In this document: positions 55,531-64,000 of the stretch, piece by piece
Layout of the letters: each line of letters starts with the position of its first letter
Position numbering within the stretch: the first letter of the stretch is position 1
NCBI GenBank assembly: GCA_964452725.1
Contig: CAYVMX010000001.1
Coordinates: forward strand, 40,395-104,394
Direction: 5' to 3'
Source: an uncultured Candidatus Peribacteria bacterium
GTDB lineage: Bacteria > Patescibacteriota > Gracilibacteria > JAHISY01
Length of the DNA: 64,000 nucleotides
Translations under genes and position numbers: made by a program
The notes under the pieces: generated by a model
What the model saw: only the letters and a program-made list of their open reading frames with translations
What the model was told of the DNA's origin: nothing
The model's database searches: none

Positions 55531-58407
55531 TTATTTTAACAACTTCTGCAAATACTGACCTGTGTAGCTTTTCTTTTCTTTCGCGACATCTTCGGGTGTA
55601 CCAGTGGCGAGTATCTGTCCGCCACCACCGCCACCCTCGGGTCCGATGTCGATTAGATAGTCGCAAGATTTCAGTACGTCGAGATTGTGCTCGATCACGA
55701 CGACGGTATTGCCGCCGTCGACGAGGCGCTGGAGGACTCCCAGTAGGCGGTTTACATCGTCGAAATGCAGCCCCGTGGTCGGTTCGTCCAGTATATAGAG
55801 TGTCTTGCCAGTCGCGCGTTTGGACAGCTCGGTGGCGAGCTTGATGCGCTGCGCTTCGCCACCGGATAGCTCGGTCGCGCTCTGCCCGAGGTGGATGTAG
55901 CCGAGTCCGACGTCGACTAGTGTTTCGAGCTTTTTCTTGATCGCAGGCTGCGCCGCGAAGAACTCTAGGGCTTCCTCGGCGGTCATATTTAGGACTTCGG
56001 CGATCTGCTTGCCACGGTAAAGGATCTCGAGCGCCTCGCGGTTGTAGCGTTTGCCGCCACACTCCTCACAGGGTACGTAGATGTCCGGCAGGAAGTGCAT
56101 CTCGATCTTTTTTAGTCCGTCGCCGGAGCAGGCTTCGCAGCGTCCACCTTTGACATTGAAGCTGAAACGTCCGGCTTTGTACCCTCGCAGTTTTGCCTCG
56201 ACAGTCATAGCGAAGAGCTCGCGGATATCGGTAAAGACTCCTGTATAGGTCGCGGCATTGCTACGGGGAGTGCGCCCGATGGCGGCTTGGTCGATCACGA
56301 TCGCTTTGTCGAGATTTTCAATGCCGAGTATCTCTCCGTGCTTGCCAGGGACAGACTTGGCGCGGTTCAAGTCGCGAGCGAGGCGGCGAGCGAGGATCGT
56401 ATTCACCAGACTGGACTTACCGCTACCGCTCACACCCGATACTCCGATGAAAGTACCCAGTGGGAATTCCACCGTTACTTTTTTCAGGTTGTTTTCCTCG
56501 GCGTCGATGATTTTGAGCTTTTTGCCGCTACCTTGGCGACGAACTTTAGGTATTTCGATTTTTTTCTTGCCGCTCAGGTACTGTCCGGTGAGGCACTTTT
56601 TGTCCGCCATGAGCTGCTTGGGTGTGCCGGCGGCGATCACCTGTCCGCCGTGCTTACCCGCGCCGGGTCCAATGTCAATTAAATAATCCGCACAGCGCAT
56701 GATCTCTTCGTCGTGTTCGACGACTAGTACGGTATTGCCGATGTCGCGCAGACCGACGAGCGTCTCGATTAGGCGGTCATTGTCGCGCTGGTGGAGACCG
56801 ATACTCGGCTCGTCTAGTACGTACAGCACGCCTTGGAGCTTGCTACCGATCTGGGTCGCCAGTCGGATACGCTGGGCTTCACCACCACTGAGTGTATTCG
56901 CCGTGCGGTCGAGCGTCAGGTAGTTGAGTCCGACGTTTTCGAGGAAGCTCAAGCGCGCATCGACCTCTTTGAGTATTAGATCGGCGATTTTTTGTTGATT
57001 CTTGTTGAGCTTTAGCTCTTGGAAAAACTGGCGAGCAGCGTCGATAGAGAGTTTGGTTGCATCGATGATGTTTTGACCGGCGAGTTTGACCGCGAGGATC
57101 TCGGGCTTCAGGCGTTTGCCAGCGCAGATGGGGCAGGTACGCGTCACCATGAATTTGTCTAGCTTGCTACGGACGAAGTCGCTCTCGGTCTCTAGATAGC
57201 GACGTTCGATATTGGGGATTACCCCTTCGAACTTCGTGGCGTATTCACCGCTGAAGCGATCTGTATTGAACGCAACGTCGTACTCTTCATCGCCTGTACC
57301 ATAGAGCAGTATCTCCTGCTGTTCTTTTGTTAGCTTGTTGACTGGCTGGTCTAGGTCGATACCGTGTTTTTTGGCGACGGCGGTGAGGATATTGCTGTAC
57401 CAGCCATCGGAGCCGAGGCTACTCCAGGGTAGGATCGCACCTTCGTTTACACTCAGGTCTTTGTTTGGCATGACGCTCGCCGGCTCGACGGTTAGCTTCG
57501 TACCGAGGCCATGACAGTCGCTACAGGCTCCGTGGGGGCTGTTGAAGCTAAACATGCGTGGAGTGACCTCCGAGAGACTGACGCCGCAGTCGGCGCAAGC
57601 AAACGCCTCGCTAAAGATCTGCTCATCTTTGGGATTCTCCGCGTCTACGATTTTTACTACACCCTCGCTTTGCTTCAGCGCGACCTCGATAGAGTCTGCC
57701 AAGCGCGATCGATCGGGGTTCGGCTCTTCGATCGTGTCGCCGCTCTTGAGCTTCTTAACTTTGATTTTGAAGTTTTTCACCACTAGACGATCGACGACTA
57801 TTTCGATCGTGTGCTTTTTCTTTGGGTCGAGTGTGGGCTGCTCTTGGATCGTGAGCACCTCGCCATCGAGACGGTAGCGCACGAAGCCATCTTTACGGAT
57901 TTGGGCGATCACAGCGGCGTGTTCGCCTTTGCGATCGACGATGACTGGCGCGAGGATCAGGATTTTCTTCCCCTCGGGTAGCTCGGCGGCGTGATCCACG
58001 ATCTGGCTCGGAGTCTGACGGGTGATCGGCTGCTCGCACTGCGGACAGTGGGGTGTGCCGACCTTGGCAAAGAGCAGGCGCAGATAGTCGTAAATCTCCG
58101 TCACTGTACCCACAGTACTGCGGGGATTGCGACTGGCGCTCTTTTGGTCGATCGAGATAGCAGGGGAGAGCCCGTCGATACTCTCGACGTCGGGCTTCTC
58201 CATCATACCGAGGAACTGCCGTGCGTAAGTCGAGAGACTCTCGACATAGCGACGCTGACCCTCTGCGTAGATCGTATCGAAAGCAAGGCTGGATTTACCG
58301 CTACCAGAGAGTCCGGTGATGACGGTCAGCTGGTCGCGCGGGATCTCAACATCGATATTTTTGAGATTATTAGTTTTTGCGCCTTTTATTTTGATAGAGT
58401 TATTCAT
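55531..58407 (-). CDS. uvrA: Excinuclease ABC subunit A
   Basis: Two ABC modules ([31 protein letters not shown] twice) and zinc-finger cysteines. I chose the ATG at 58407 ([18 protein letters not shown]...) rather than the ORF-track start at 58473. Confidence 0.95.
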   Translation of the reverse strand: MNNSIKIKGAKTNNLKNIDVEIPRDQLTVITGLSGSGKSSLAFDTIYAEGQRRYVESLSTYARQFLGMMEKPDVESIDGLSPAISIDQKSASRNPRSTVGTVTEIYDYLRLLFAKVGTPHCPQCEQPITRQTPSQIVDHAAELPEGKKILILAPVIVDRKGEHAAVIAQIRKDGFVRYRLDGEVLTIQEQPTLDPKKKHTIEIVVDRLVVKNFKIKVKKLKSGDTIEEPNPDRSRLADSIEVALKQSEGVVKIVDAENPKDEQIFSEAFACADCGVSLSEVTPRMFSFNSPHGACSDCHGLGTKLTVEPASVMPNKDLSVNEGAILPWSSLGSDGWYSNILTAVAKKHGIDLDQPVNKLTKEQQEILLYGTGDEEYDVAFNTDRFSGEYATKFEGVIPNIERRYLETESDFVRSKLDKFMVTRTCPICAGKRLKPEILAVKLAGQNIIDATKLSIDAARQFFQELKLNKNQQKIADLILKEVDARLSFLENVGLNYLTLDRTANTLSGGEAQRIRLATQIGSKLQGVLYVLDEPSIGLHQRDNDRLIETLVGLRDIGNTVLVVEHDEEIMRCADYLIDIGPGAGKHGGQVIAAGTPKQLMADKKCLTGQYLSGKKKIEIPKVRRQGSGKKLKIIDAEENNLKKVTVEFPLGTFIGVSGVSGSGKSSLVNTILARRLARDLNRAKSVPGKHGEILGIENLDKAIVIDQAAIGRTPRSNAATYTGVFTDIRELFAMTVEAKLRGYKAGRFSFNVKGGRCEACSGDGLKKIEMHFLPDIYVPCEECGGKRYNREALEILYRGKQIAEVLNMTAEEALEFFAAQPAIKKKLETLVDVGLGYIHLGQSATELSGGEAQRIKLATELSKRATGKTLYILDEPTTGLHFDDVNRLLGVLQRLVDGGNTVVVIEHNLDVLKSCDYLIDIGPEGGGGGGQILATGTPEDVAKEKKSYTGQYLQKLLK

Positions 58408-58548
58408 AGTGGGATTTGGTCGCAAGAAAAAGTAAATAAAAAAACAGCTACGCATATAGCGCAGCATAACCAAGTGATCTTAGCAGCTAGTTCGCCCCAG
58501 AGTCAAATTTCTGAGGTTGCTCTACAGAGGGATTTATCTTTTAAATGC

Positions 58549-58577
58549 TTGTAATTAAAGGGTTTTTCTGGTAAAAT
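58549..58577 (+). promoter_or_regulatory. Promoter of the 111-aa exported protein gene
   Basis: TTGTAA (58549-58554), 17-nt spacer, then TGgTAAAAT (58569-58577). Confidence 0.5.
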
Positions 58578-58608
58578 GAAGGGAAATAAAAAACTAAATC
58601 CAAACTAA

Positions 58609-58944
58609 ATGACTTTTTCAAAAACTTTCAAGATACTAGCTACGGTTTCGAGTTTCACACCAGCTGTGTCTTTCGCAGCAGCGCCTGCTTTGCCACCTAT
58701 TTACGCAGAGTACGCGGCCTCACTGGAGCAGCTCAGTGTGCCGATGACACTACAGACAACATCTAGCTCTCCACTGGCAGCCAATATTTTGGCTACTACT
58801 GACGTACCCACTGTCGCTGCTGGTCTAGTCTTTTTTGTTTTTGTTACGTTTTGGCTGCTTCATGTATACGAAGTTGAGCTAAATACCAAAACACTAGCTA
58901 CCAAAAGACGTGCGAATTCTCGTCGTCGAGCAAACTGCAAATAG
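58609..58944 (+). CDS. Hypothetical exported or membrane protein (111 aa)
   Basis: Signal-peptide-like N-terminus (ILATVSSFTPAVSFAAAP), a C-terminal TM (AAGLVFFVFVTFWLL) and an Arg-rich tail. Confidence 0.5.
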   Translation: MTFSKTFKILATVSSFTPAVSFAAAPALPPIYAEYAASLEQLSVPMTLQTTSSSPLAANILATTDVPTVAAGLVFFVFVTFWLLHVYEVELNTKTLATKRRANSRRRANCK

Positions 58945-59168
58945 ATTTTTTACCTAGAATCATTATCTATCTACAACCTAATATTATTATTAGTCAATTT
59001 TTATTTAACCTTAAAAAAAGCTGAAAAATTGATAATACGTCCCAAAACACTGTCCAGATTTGCAAAATTATCGTGAAGGTGTACAATCTTTTTACTCTCT
59101 ATATTTATTGTCCCAACAATAAGCGGTCGGAGAGATTTTCGCTCCCTAGTTATTTATCCACCTTCTAT

Positions 59169-59756
59169 ATGCTCAAGTCTTTTTTCGGCTCCAAGACTCG
59201 CGTAAAACTCCTTGGACTTTTTCTACTACATCCACAAAACGAGTATTTTATCCGTGAGTTGACTCGTAAGCTCAAAGAGCAGATCAACTCTGTCCGTCGT
59301 GAGCTAAACAACCTAAAAAAGATCGGACTACTCAAGGTACGTTCCAAAAATCGCAAGAAATACTATGCGATCAATACCGACTTTGCCTTACTGGGTGAGT
59401 TCACCAACCTTTTTGCCAAGGCCGCCAGTCCGCAAGATGAGATCGTCAAGTCTATTAGTCGTTTTGGTTCTGTCGATTTTCTCCTGCTCTCTGGTCAGTT
59501 CACAGGCAGCGAAAAAGCTGCTACAGATATGCTAGTCGTCGGTGATTTGGACAAGGATAGTCTCAAACAATATCTCGACGAAGAACTATCTGCCAGCCAC
59601 AAAGTAAAATTCACTGTCATGAGTCGAGCAGATTTTCTTTATCGTCTTGATTGCAAGGATAGCTTCGTACTCGACCTGCTCGCTACCAAAGATAAACTCA
59701 CACCTGTAAATAAGCTAAAGAAATATATCGACGCACGTGTAAAGAATAAGTCTTAA
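59169..59756 (+). CDS. Winged-helix (ArsR-like) transcriptional regulator-like protein
   Basis: FGSKTRVKLLGLFLLHPQNEYFIRELTRKLKEQINSVRRELNNLKKIGLL is a wHTH pattern. I chose the internal ATG at 59169; the ORF track starts at 59073. Confidence 0.55.
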   Translation: MLKSFFGSKTRVKLLGLFLLHPQNEYFIRELTRKLKEQINSVRRELNNLKKIGLLKVRSKNRKKYYAINTDFALLGEFTNLFAKAASPQDEIVKSISRFGSVDFLLLSGQFTGSEKAATDMLVVGDLDKDSLKQYLDEELSASHKVKFTVMSRADFLYRLDCKDSFVLDLLATKDKLTPVNKLKKYIDARVKNKS

Positions 59757-59765
59757 GTCCTTTAG

Positions 59766-59794
59766 TTGCGTGTTTTACTGAGCGCTGCTAAAAT
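59766..59794 (+). promoter_or_regulatory. Promoter of rplS
   Basis: TTGCGT (59766-59771), 17-nt spacer, TGcTAAAAT (59786-59794), then ctctcggctt. Confidence 0.5.
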
Positions 59795-59829
59795 CTCTCG
59801 GCTTATTTTCGTATTATCATCCTCTACAA

Positions 59830-60507
59830 ATGAATCGCCAAGCTATCCTCACTGCTGTCGCTACCGCTAGTCACAAAAAGGTCGTACCCGAGATCCGAGC
59901 AGGGCAGACTGTACGCGTGAGTCAAAAGATCAAAGAAGGCAGCAAAGAGCGTGTCCAAAACTTCGAAGGACTCGTGATCGCTACACATGGCGGTCGCGGT
60001 ATCAATGGTACTTTCACCGTACGTAAGATCGTCAGTGGTATCGGTGTAGAAAAAGTCTTTCCACTCCATGGTGCGACTATCACCAAAGTCGAAGTCAAGA
60101 AGCAAGCGAAAATTCGCCGTGCCAAGCTCTACTACACTCGCAATCTACGTGGCAAGGCTGCTCGTATGAAAGAAACTCACCTTCAAGATGTGGTCTTCGA
60201 CGAAGAAGCTGCGGTCAAAGCGGAACAAGAGAAGGAGAAGGCTGTCGAGGAGGCTGCGCAAAAAGCTGAAGCTGAGGCTAAAGCCAAAGAAGAGGCAGCA
60301 GCCAAGACTGATGAAGCTCCAGCTGAAAAAGATTCCACAGAGACTCAGGTAGAAGCTCCAGCAAAAGCAGAAGCTAAGCCGGAAGAGCCTGAAGCCAAAT
60401 CTGAAGGAAAGCCTGCTGAAAAAGATTCCACAGAGACTCAGGTAGAAGCTCCAGCAAAAGAAGAGCCTGTAAAAGAAGAGGCTAAAACTGAGGAAGAGAA
60501 AAAGTAA
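59830..60507 (+). CDS. rplS: 50S ribosomal protein L19 with a ~110-aa acidic/Lys-rich repeat-containing C-terminal extension
   Basis: The L19 core [32 protein letters not shown]...[18 protein letters not shown]...RRAKLYYTR covers ~115 aa. A low-complexity E/A/K/P tail follows. Confidence 0.9.
   Translation: MNRQAILTAVATASHKKVVPEIRAGQTVRVSQKIKEGSKERVQNFEGLVIATHGGRGINGTFTVRKIVSGIGVEKVFPLHGATITKVEVKKQAKIRRAKLYYTRNLRGKAARMKETHLQDVVFDEEAAVKAEQEKEKAVEEAAQKAEAEAKAKEEAAAKTDEAPAEKDSTETQVEAPAKAEAKPEEPEAKSEGKPAEKDSTETQVEAPAKEEPVKEEAKTEEEKK
60322..60460 (+). repeat. Perfect 46-nt direct repeat inside the rplS tail
   Basis: gctgaaaaagattccacagagactcaggtagaagctccagcaaaag occurs at 60322-60367 and again at 60415-60460. 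The period is 93 nt (31 codons) and the repeat encodes [15 protein letters not shown] twice. Confidence 0.9.
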
Positions 60508-60531
60508 AATTAGACATTCTTTTGAATTTGT

Positions 60532-60565
60532 AGATTCCGGATCAAGTCCGGAATGACAGTTTTTT
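60532..60565 (+). terminator. Hairpin repeat element copy B: intrinsic terminator after rplS
   Basis: ATTCCGGA (60534-60541), TCAAG, TCCGGAAT (60547-60554), then gacag and six T (60560-60565). The 27 nt at 60532-60558 are identical to 52806-52832. Confidence 0.7.
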
Positions 60566-60573
60566 GAGTGTGC

Positions 60574-60582
60574 TGCTAAACT
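60574..60582 (+). promoter_or_regulatory. Extended -10 element of the pyruvyl-transferase-like gene
   Basis: TGcTAAACT, then 6 nt, then the ATG at 60589. Confidence 0.45.
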
Positions 60583-60588
60583 GTTGCC

Positions 60589-61650
60589 ATGCCTATTTTT
60601 CGAGCCCTCCGTCGCACAAAAGCTGCCGCCAAGGTCGTCGTGATTGGCAACTTCGGCGCGGGTAATGTCGGCGATGAGTTGATCCTTGCTGGTTTCTTGA
60701 AAAAGCTCGCCAGCAGGCTGCCACGCGCCCGAGTGACTGTACTTGGGCACGATCCTAGGGTGATTCGCCGCTGGCACGGAGTCCACGCCGAGCAGCTCTT
60801 GCCATTTGGCTGGCGTTCACTGCTTTCTGGACGATTATTTAGCACTCTGAGGGTGCTCCGTGCAGCAGATGCGGTAGTTTTCCCTGGTGGTGGACTCTTC
60901 ACCGATCGAGAAAGCGCGAAGGCTGTACCGCTCTGGGGGTTTCACATCTTGGTGGCCAAGTGGTACTGGCGACCGGTGTACCTGCTGGGGCAGTCCGTCG
61001 GACCACTGAGTACAGACTTTGGACGCCACTGGGCGAGTCGCTTCCTCGGCAAAGCCGAGTGGATCGGAGTGCGCGATACGGCGAGTGCGACAGAGCTAAA
61101 AAAGCTGGGTATTTCACCAGCCCAGATCAAAGTCGGGGAGGATTCCGCGTTGCTTCTAGGAAAATTACGAAAATCCCAACCCTCCTTTGTTAAAAGGCGG
61201 ACAAGTAGAAGGATTTTGCGAGTGCTTGTCTCTGTGCGGGATTTTCCGAGGGTACCACCGAGTTTCTTCAAAGAGTTGGCACAGGCTCTCGACGACCTTA
61301 CGGAGCAGGATAAAGTGCGTATTACTTTCGCCGAGTTCGGACTGGGGGATACGCACACTTGGCAGCGGCTCTGTCTGCACGCGCAGCATGATTCACTTTG
61401 GAAAGTGCTTGAGCTACCCGAGAGTGCGATTGAAGTTGTTCAAGCTATTGAAAAATACGATCTGGTAATCGGTATGCGACTCCACTCACTCGTCACAGCT
61501 CATCTGGCAGGTGTACCGAGTATCGCGCTGTCTTACTCGCGTAAAGTCGCGGAGTTCCAAAAGCAGGTCGGACGAGGGAAGCAGGTACTAGAGGTGAGGA
61601 ACTTTAAGGCTAAGAAGCTATTGACAATATTTAAAAACTCGGTAAAGTAA
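60589..61650 (+). CDS. Polysaccharide pyruvyl transferase family protein (CsaB-like)
   Basis: The N-terminus VVVIGNFGAGNVGDELILAGFL resembles the CsaB G-x-x-G-x-G-N-x-G-D-E motif. The C-terminus has MRLHSLV, as in PS_pyruv_trans proteins. Confidence 0.55.
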   Translation: MPIFRALRRTKAAAKVVVIGNFGAGNVGDELILAGFLKKLASRLPRARVTVLGHDPRVIRRWHGVHAEQLLPFGWRSLLSGRLFSTLRVLRAADAVVFPGGGLFTDRESAKAVPLWGFHILVAKWYWRPVYLLGQSVGPLSTDFGRHWASRFLGKAEWIGVRDTASATELKKLGISPAQIKVGEDSALLLGKLRKSQPSFVKRRTSRRILRVLVSVRDFPRVPPSFFKELAQALDDLTEQDKVRITFAEFGLGDTHTWQRLCLHAQHDSLWKVLELPESAIEVVQAIEKYDLVIGMRLHSLVTAHLAGVPSIALSYSRKVAEFQKQVGRGKQVLEVRNFKAKKLLTIFKNSVK

Positions 61651-61679
61651 AATACTATTTTTGTAAACTACACAATACT

Positions 61680-62069
61680 ATGAGTATAGACAGTATCAGA
61701 CCTATGCCAGATCAAATCACGCTAAGTCCAGAGCAGGAGATTCGTTTAAGGGGAATGTTTAGGGCTAGTCTAGTGATCGGAGGTAGATTTTTGATGAAGT
61801 TGGGGTTTCAAGACTGGCAGGTAAAAGAACTCCAGAAAATCACCACCGAAGACAAGGATGTTCAGATAAGCTTTCAAATACTACGAAATGAAAATAGTAG
61901 TATTTATTTTAGTGTACGCTATCGTGGTCGATTAACTTATCAAAATAACCAAAACAGTGGTAGTTATGGCTCTAGTCTAGAGACTGAGGTTTTGATTGAT
62001 GATTTTCAAAAATTGCTGCCATGTCTAGTACGCTCAGAAGTGACAGAGACACTAGACCAAGATGGCTAG
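61680..62069 (+). CDS. Hypothetical protein (129 aa, AT-rich gene)
   Basis: ORF only. I recognise no motif. Confidence 0.4.
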   Translation: MSIDSIRPMPDQITLSPEQEIRLRGMFRASLVIGGRFLMKLGFQDWQVKELQKITTEDKDVQISFQILRNENSSIYFSVRYRGRLTYQNNQNSGSYGSSLETEVLIDDFQKLLPCLVRSEVTETLDQDG

Positions 62070-62087
62070 CCTAAATTTAGTTAAAAC

Positions 62088-62096
62088 TGTTAGAAT
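62088..62096 (+). promoter_or_regulatory. Extended -10 element of aspS
   Basis: TGtTAGAAT followed by gcctcggctc. The ATG at 62120 lies 23 nt downstream. Confidence 0.45.
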
Positions 62097-62119
62097 GCCT
62101 CGGCTCTAACTGTTTTGCC

Positions 62120-63892
62120 ATGTACCGCACGCACACTTGCAATGAACTCACCGACCAAGAAATCACAAAATCTGTGACACTCTCTGGCTGGGTGCACCGC
62201 CGACGCGATCATGGTGATCTGATTTTCATTGATCTTCGCGATCGTTATGGTCTGACGCAGATTGTCTCCGATCCGGCGAATAATCCCGAGTTACACAAGC
62301 AGTTCGAAAAAGTGCGTCCAGAATGGGTACTCAAGGTCACAGGCAAGGTTCGCCAGCGTCCAGAGGGGCAAGCAAACTCCAAAATGGCAACGGGCAAGGT
62401 CGAAGTGCTCGCCGATGAGCTGACCGTGCTGAGCGAGTCGGAGACTCCACCATTTGAGATCGACCAAGAGAAGGGCGAAAACGAGGAGATCCGCATGCAG
62501 TACCGCTACCTCGATCTCCGTCGCGAGCGGATGCAAAAAAATATTCTGCTCCGGCACCGAGTTCTCCAGGCGACGCGGAAGTTCTTTTACGAGCGGGATT
62601 TCGTCGAGATTGAGACGCCGATCCTGATCAAAGGCACACCCGAGGGTGCGCGGGAGTACCTCGTGCCATCTAGGGTTCACTTAGGGAATTTTTACGTCCT
62701 GCCGCAGAGTCCTCAGCAGCTAAAACAGCTCTCGATGGTCGCCGGCTTCGACAAGTACATGCAGATCGCGCGTTGCTTCCGCGACGAAGACCAGCGTGGT
62801 GATCGTCAGCCCGAGTTTACCCAGATGGATCTGGAAATGAGCTTCGCGACAGCCGAGGAGGTGATGACGCTCAACGAAGAGGCTTTGAAAAGCATCACCA
62901 AAGAGACTCGACCCGATGTGAAGCTCCAAGATGGGCAGTTCCCGCGCTTCACCTACGCCGAAGCAATGAATCGCTACGGCTCAGACAAGCCAGACCTACG
63001 CTACGAGCTAGAGTTCATCGATGTCACGGAGGAGGTAGCAGGCTGTGGCTTCGGCGTCTTCGCGGGTGTGGTGGAGAGTGGCGGCGTGGTCAAAGTTTTG
63101 AAAGTTCCGGGTGGAGCAGAGTTCAGCCGCAAAGATATCGATGAGCTGACGGAAGCGGCGAAGATCTACGGTGCGAAAGGTCTAGCGTGGATCAAGGCTG
63201 CTGAGGGTAAATATGAAGGCGTACCAGTCGATAAGCTCGGAGAGGCGCTAACGCTTAAGATCGCTGAGAAAGTAGATGCCAAAGGTGGCGATATCCTCCT
63301 CTTCGCTGCGGATCAGTGGCGGACAGCCTGTACTGCACTCGGCGCGGTACGTATCGAGTGTGCGAATAAGCTCAAAATGCTAGAGGGTAAAGAGAATGTC
63401 TTTGCGTTTGCGTGGATTACGGATTTCCCGATGTTTGAGGTAGAGCAGGAGAGTGGTGAGCTGACAGCGATGCATCACCCTTTCACCAGACCCAAGGACG
63501 CTGCCGATCTCAAAGAGCCACTCACAGCACTAGCAGAGGCGTATGACGTGATCTGCAATGGCTATGAGATCGGGGGTGGCTCTGTGCGTATTCATGAGCA
63601 CGACCTCCAAAAGCAGATCTTCCAGACACTTCAGATCAGTGATGAGGACGCCGAGCGACGGTTTGGACATATCTTGCGAGCTTTTCGCTATGGTGTGCCG
63701 CCGCATGCTGGGATCGCGTGGGGGCTAGATCGACTGGTTATGCTGCTGGCAGGCGAGCCAAATATCCGTGAAGTAATCGCGTACCCGAAGACAAACCGTG
63801 CGGAGGACTTGATGCTCGGTGCGCCGAGTGAAGTACCGACCAAATCGTTGGAGGAGCTCGGGATCAAGCTAGTGGCGAAGAAAGAGAGTTAG
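62120..63892 (+). CDS. aspS: Aspartyl-tRNA synthetase
   Basis: OB-fold N-terminus (RTHTCNEL...GWVHRRRDHGDLIFIDLRD), class II motifs (FRDEDQRGDRQPEFTQMD, GGGSVRIH, GIAWGLDRL) and a bacterial GAD-type insertion. Confidence 0.95.
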   Translation: MYRTHTCNELTDQEITKSVTLSGWVHRRRDHGDLIFIDLRDRYGLTQIVSDPANNPELHKQFEKVRPEWVLKVTGKVRQRPEGQANSKMATGKVEVLADELTVLSESETPPFEIDQEKGENEEIRMQYRYLDLRRERMQKNILLRHRVLQATRKFFYERDFVEIETPILIKGTPEGAREYLVPSRVHLGNFYVLPQSPQQLKQLSMVAGFDKYMQIARCFRDEDQRGDRQPEFTQMDLEMSFATAEEVMTLNEEALKSITKETRPDVKLQDGQFPRFTYAEAMNRYGSDKPDLRYELEFIDVTEEVAGCGFGVFAGVVESGGVVKVLKVPGGAEFSRKDIDELTEAAKIYGAKGLAWIKAAEGKYEGVPVDKLGEALTLKIAEKVDAKGGDILLFAADQWRTACTALGAVRIECANKLKMLEGKENVFAFAWITDFPMFEVEQESGELTAMHHPFTRPKDAADLKEPLTALAEAYDVICNGYEIGGGSVRIHEHDLQKQIFQTLQISDEDAERRFGHILRAFRYGVPPHAGIAWGLDRLVMLLAGEPNIREVIAYPKTNRAEDLMLGAPSEVPTKSLEELGIKLVAKKES

Positions 63893-63894
63893 TC

Positions 63895-64000
63895 TTACTT
63901 TTTGTCAAGATCATAAACTTCGACTCGGTTGCGTCCGCTGTTCTTTGCTCGCATTAGAGCTTTGTCAGCCAGGTCCCAGAGACTTATTGTTAACTCTTTG
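63895..64000 (-). CDS. C-terminal end of a GGDEF-domain (diguanylate cyclase-like) protein; partial, continues beyond the window
   Basis: The minus-strand translation ends ...ADKALMRAKNSGRNRVEVYDLDKK*. ADxALYxAKxxGRNRV is the typical GGDEF C-terminal helix. Only ~35 codons are visible. Confidence 0.5.
   Translation of the reverse strand, partial: KELTISLWDLADKALMRAKNSGRNRVEVYDLDKK

Noticed and set aside
55523-56062. A 179-aa Arg-rich ORF, and other long ORFs (56258-56686, 57991-58554) inside the uvrA region.
   Set aside because: They lie antisense to, or out of frame with, a full-length and highly conserved uvrA. Their composition (R/P/W-rich) is typical of shadow ORFs.
59154-59162. TTATCCACC, an 8-of-9 match to the DnaA box, upstream of the wHTH regulator gene.
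   Set aside because: It is a single isolated occurrence far from dnaA, so it is most likely chance.
60145-60786. A 213-aa minus-strand ORF spanning the rplS tail, the terminator hairpin and the start of the pyruvyl-transferase-like gene.
   Set aside because: This is a shadow frame of the low-complexity GAA/GCT-rich L19 tail. It crosses a terminator and a promoter, and its peptide is F/L/S-rich nonsense.

Overview
This is a densely packed core chromosomal segment of about 70 genes from a small-genome bacterium using the standard genetic code. TGA, TAA and TAG all act as stops. Truncated domain architectures, a type IV pilin cluster and the apparent absence of Shine-Dalgarno sequences fit a Patescibacteria/CPR-like (possibly Saccharibacteria-like) organism, but I cannot confirm that from this window.

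Gene content:
- Replication and repair: dnaA with no adjacent dnaN, a DnaQ-exonuclease/DinG-like fusion, dnaB, dnaG, gyrA, recJ and uvrA.
- Translation: the infA-rpmJ-rpsM-rpsK-rpsD-rpoA-rplQ-rplM-rpsI block, plus tuf, rpmE and rplS.
- tRNA synthetases and amidotransferase: thrS, valS, aspS and gatB.
- RNA modification and turnover: trmD, rsmA, rsmI and rny.
- Cell surface: four consecutive prepilin-type genes.
- Toxin-antitoxin: two small modules.
- Scattered metabolic genes: metF-like, alr, uppS, ispH, dapB, dcd and fbp.
- Several orphan genes.

I saw no rRNA, tRNA, CRISPR array, transposase or integrase.

Most notable observations:
1. An orphan protein of about 663 aa whose only recognisable motif is an HprK-type P-loop at its extreme C-terminus.
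2. A DinG-like protein whose helicase motifs appear degenerate, next to dnaA.
3. A GC-rich CYTC(C)GGCT motif immediately downstream of the -10 box of translation-gene promoters.
4. Many apparently leaderless or SD-less genes.
5. Lys/Ala/Glu/Pro-rich tails appended to many nucleic-acid-binding housekeeping proteins.
6. A 27-nt identical hairpin element present twice.
7. A strongly promoted pair of orphan genes upstream of gyrA.

Everything here was read by eye. No searches or computations were run.
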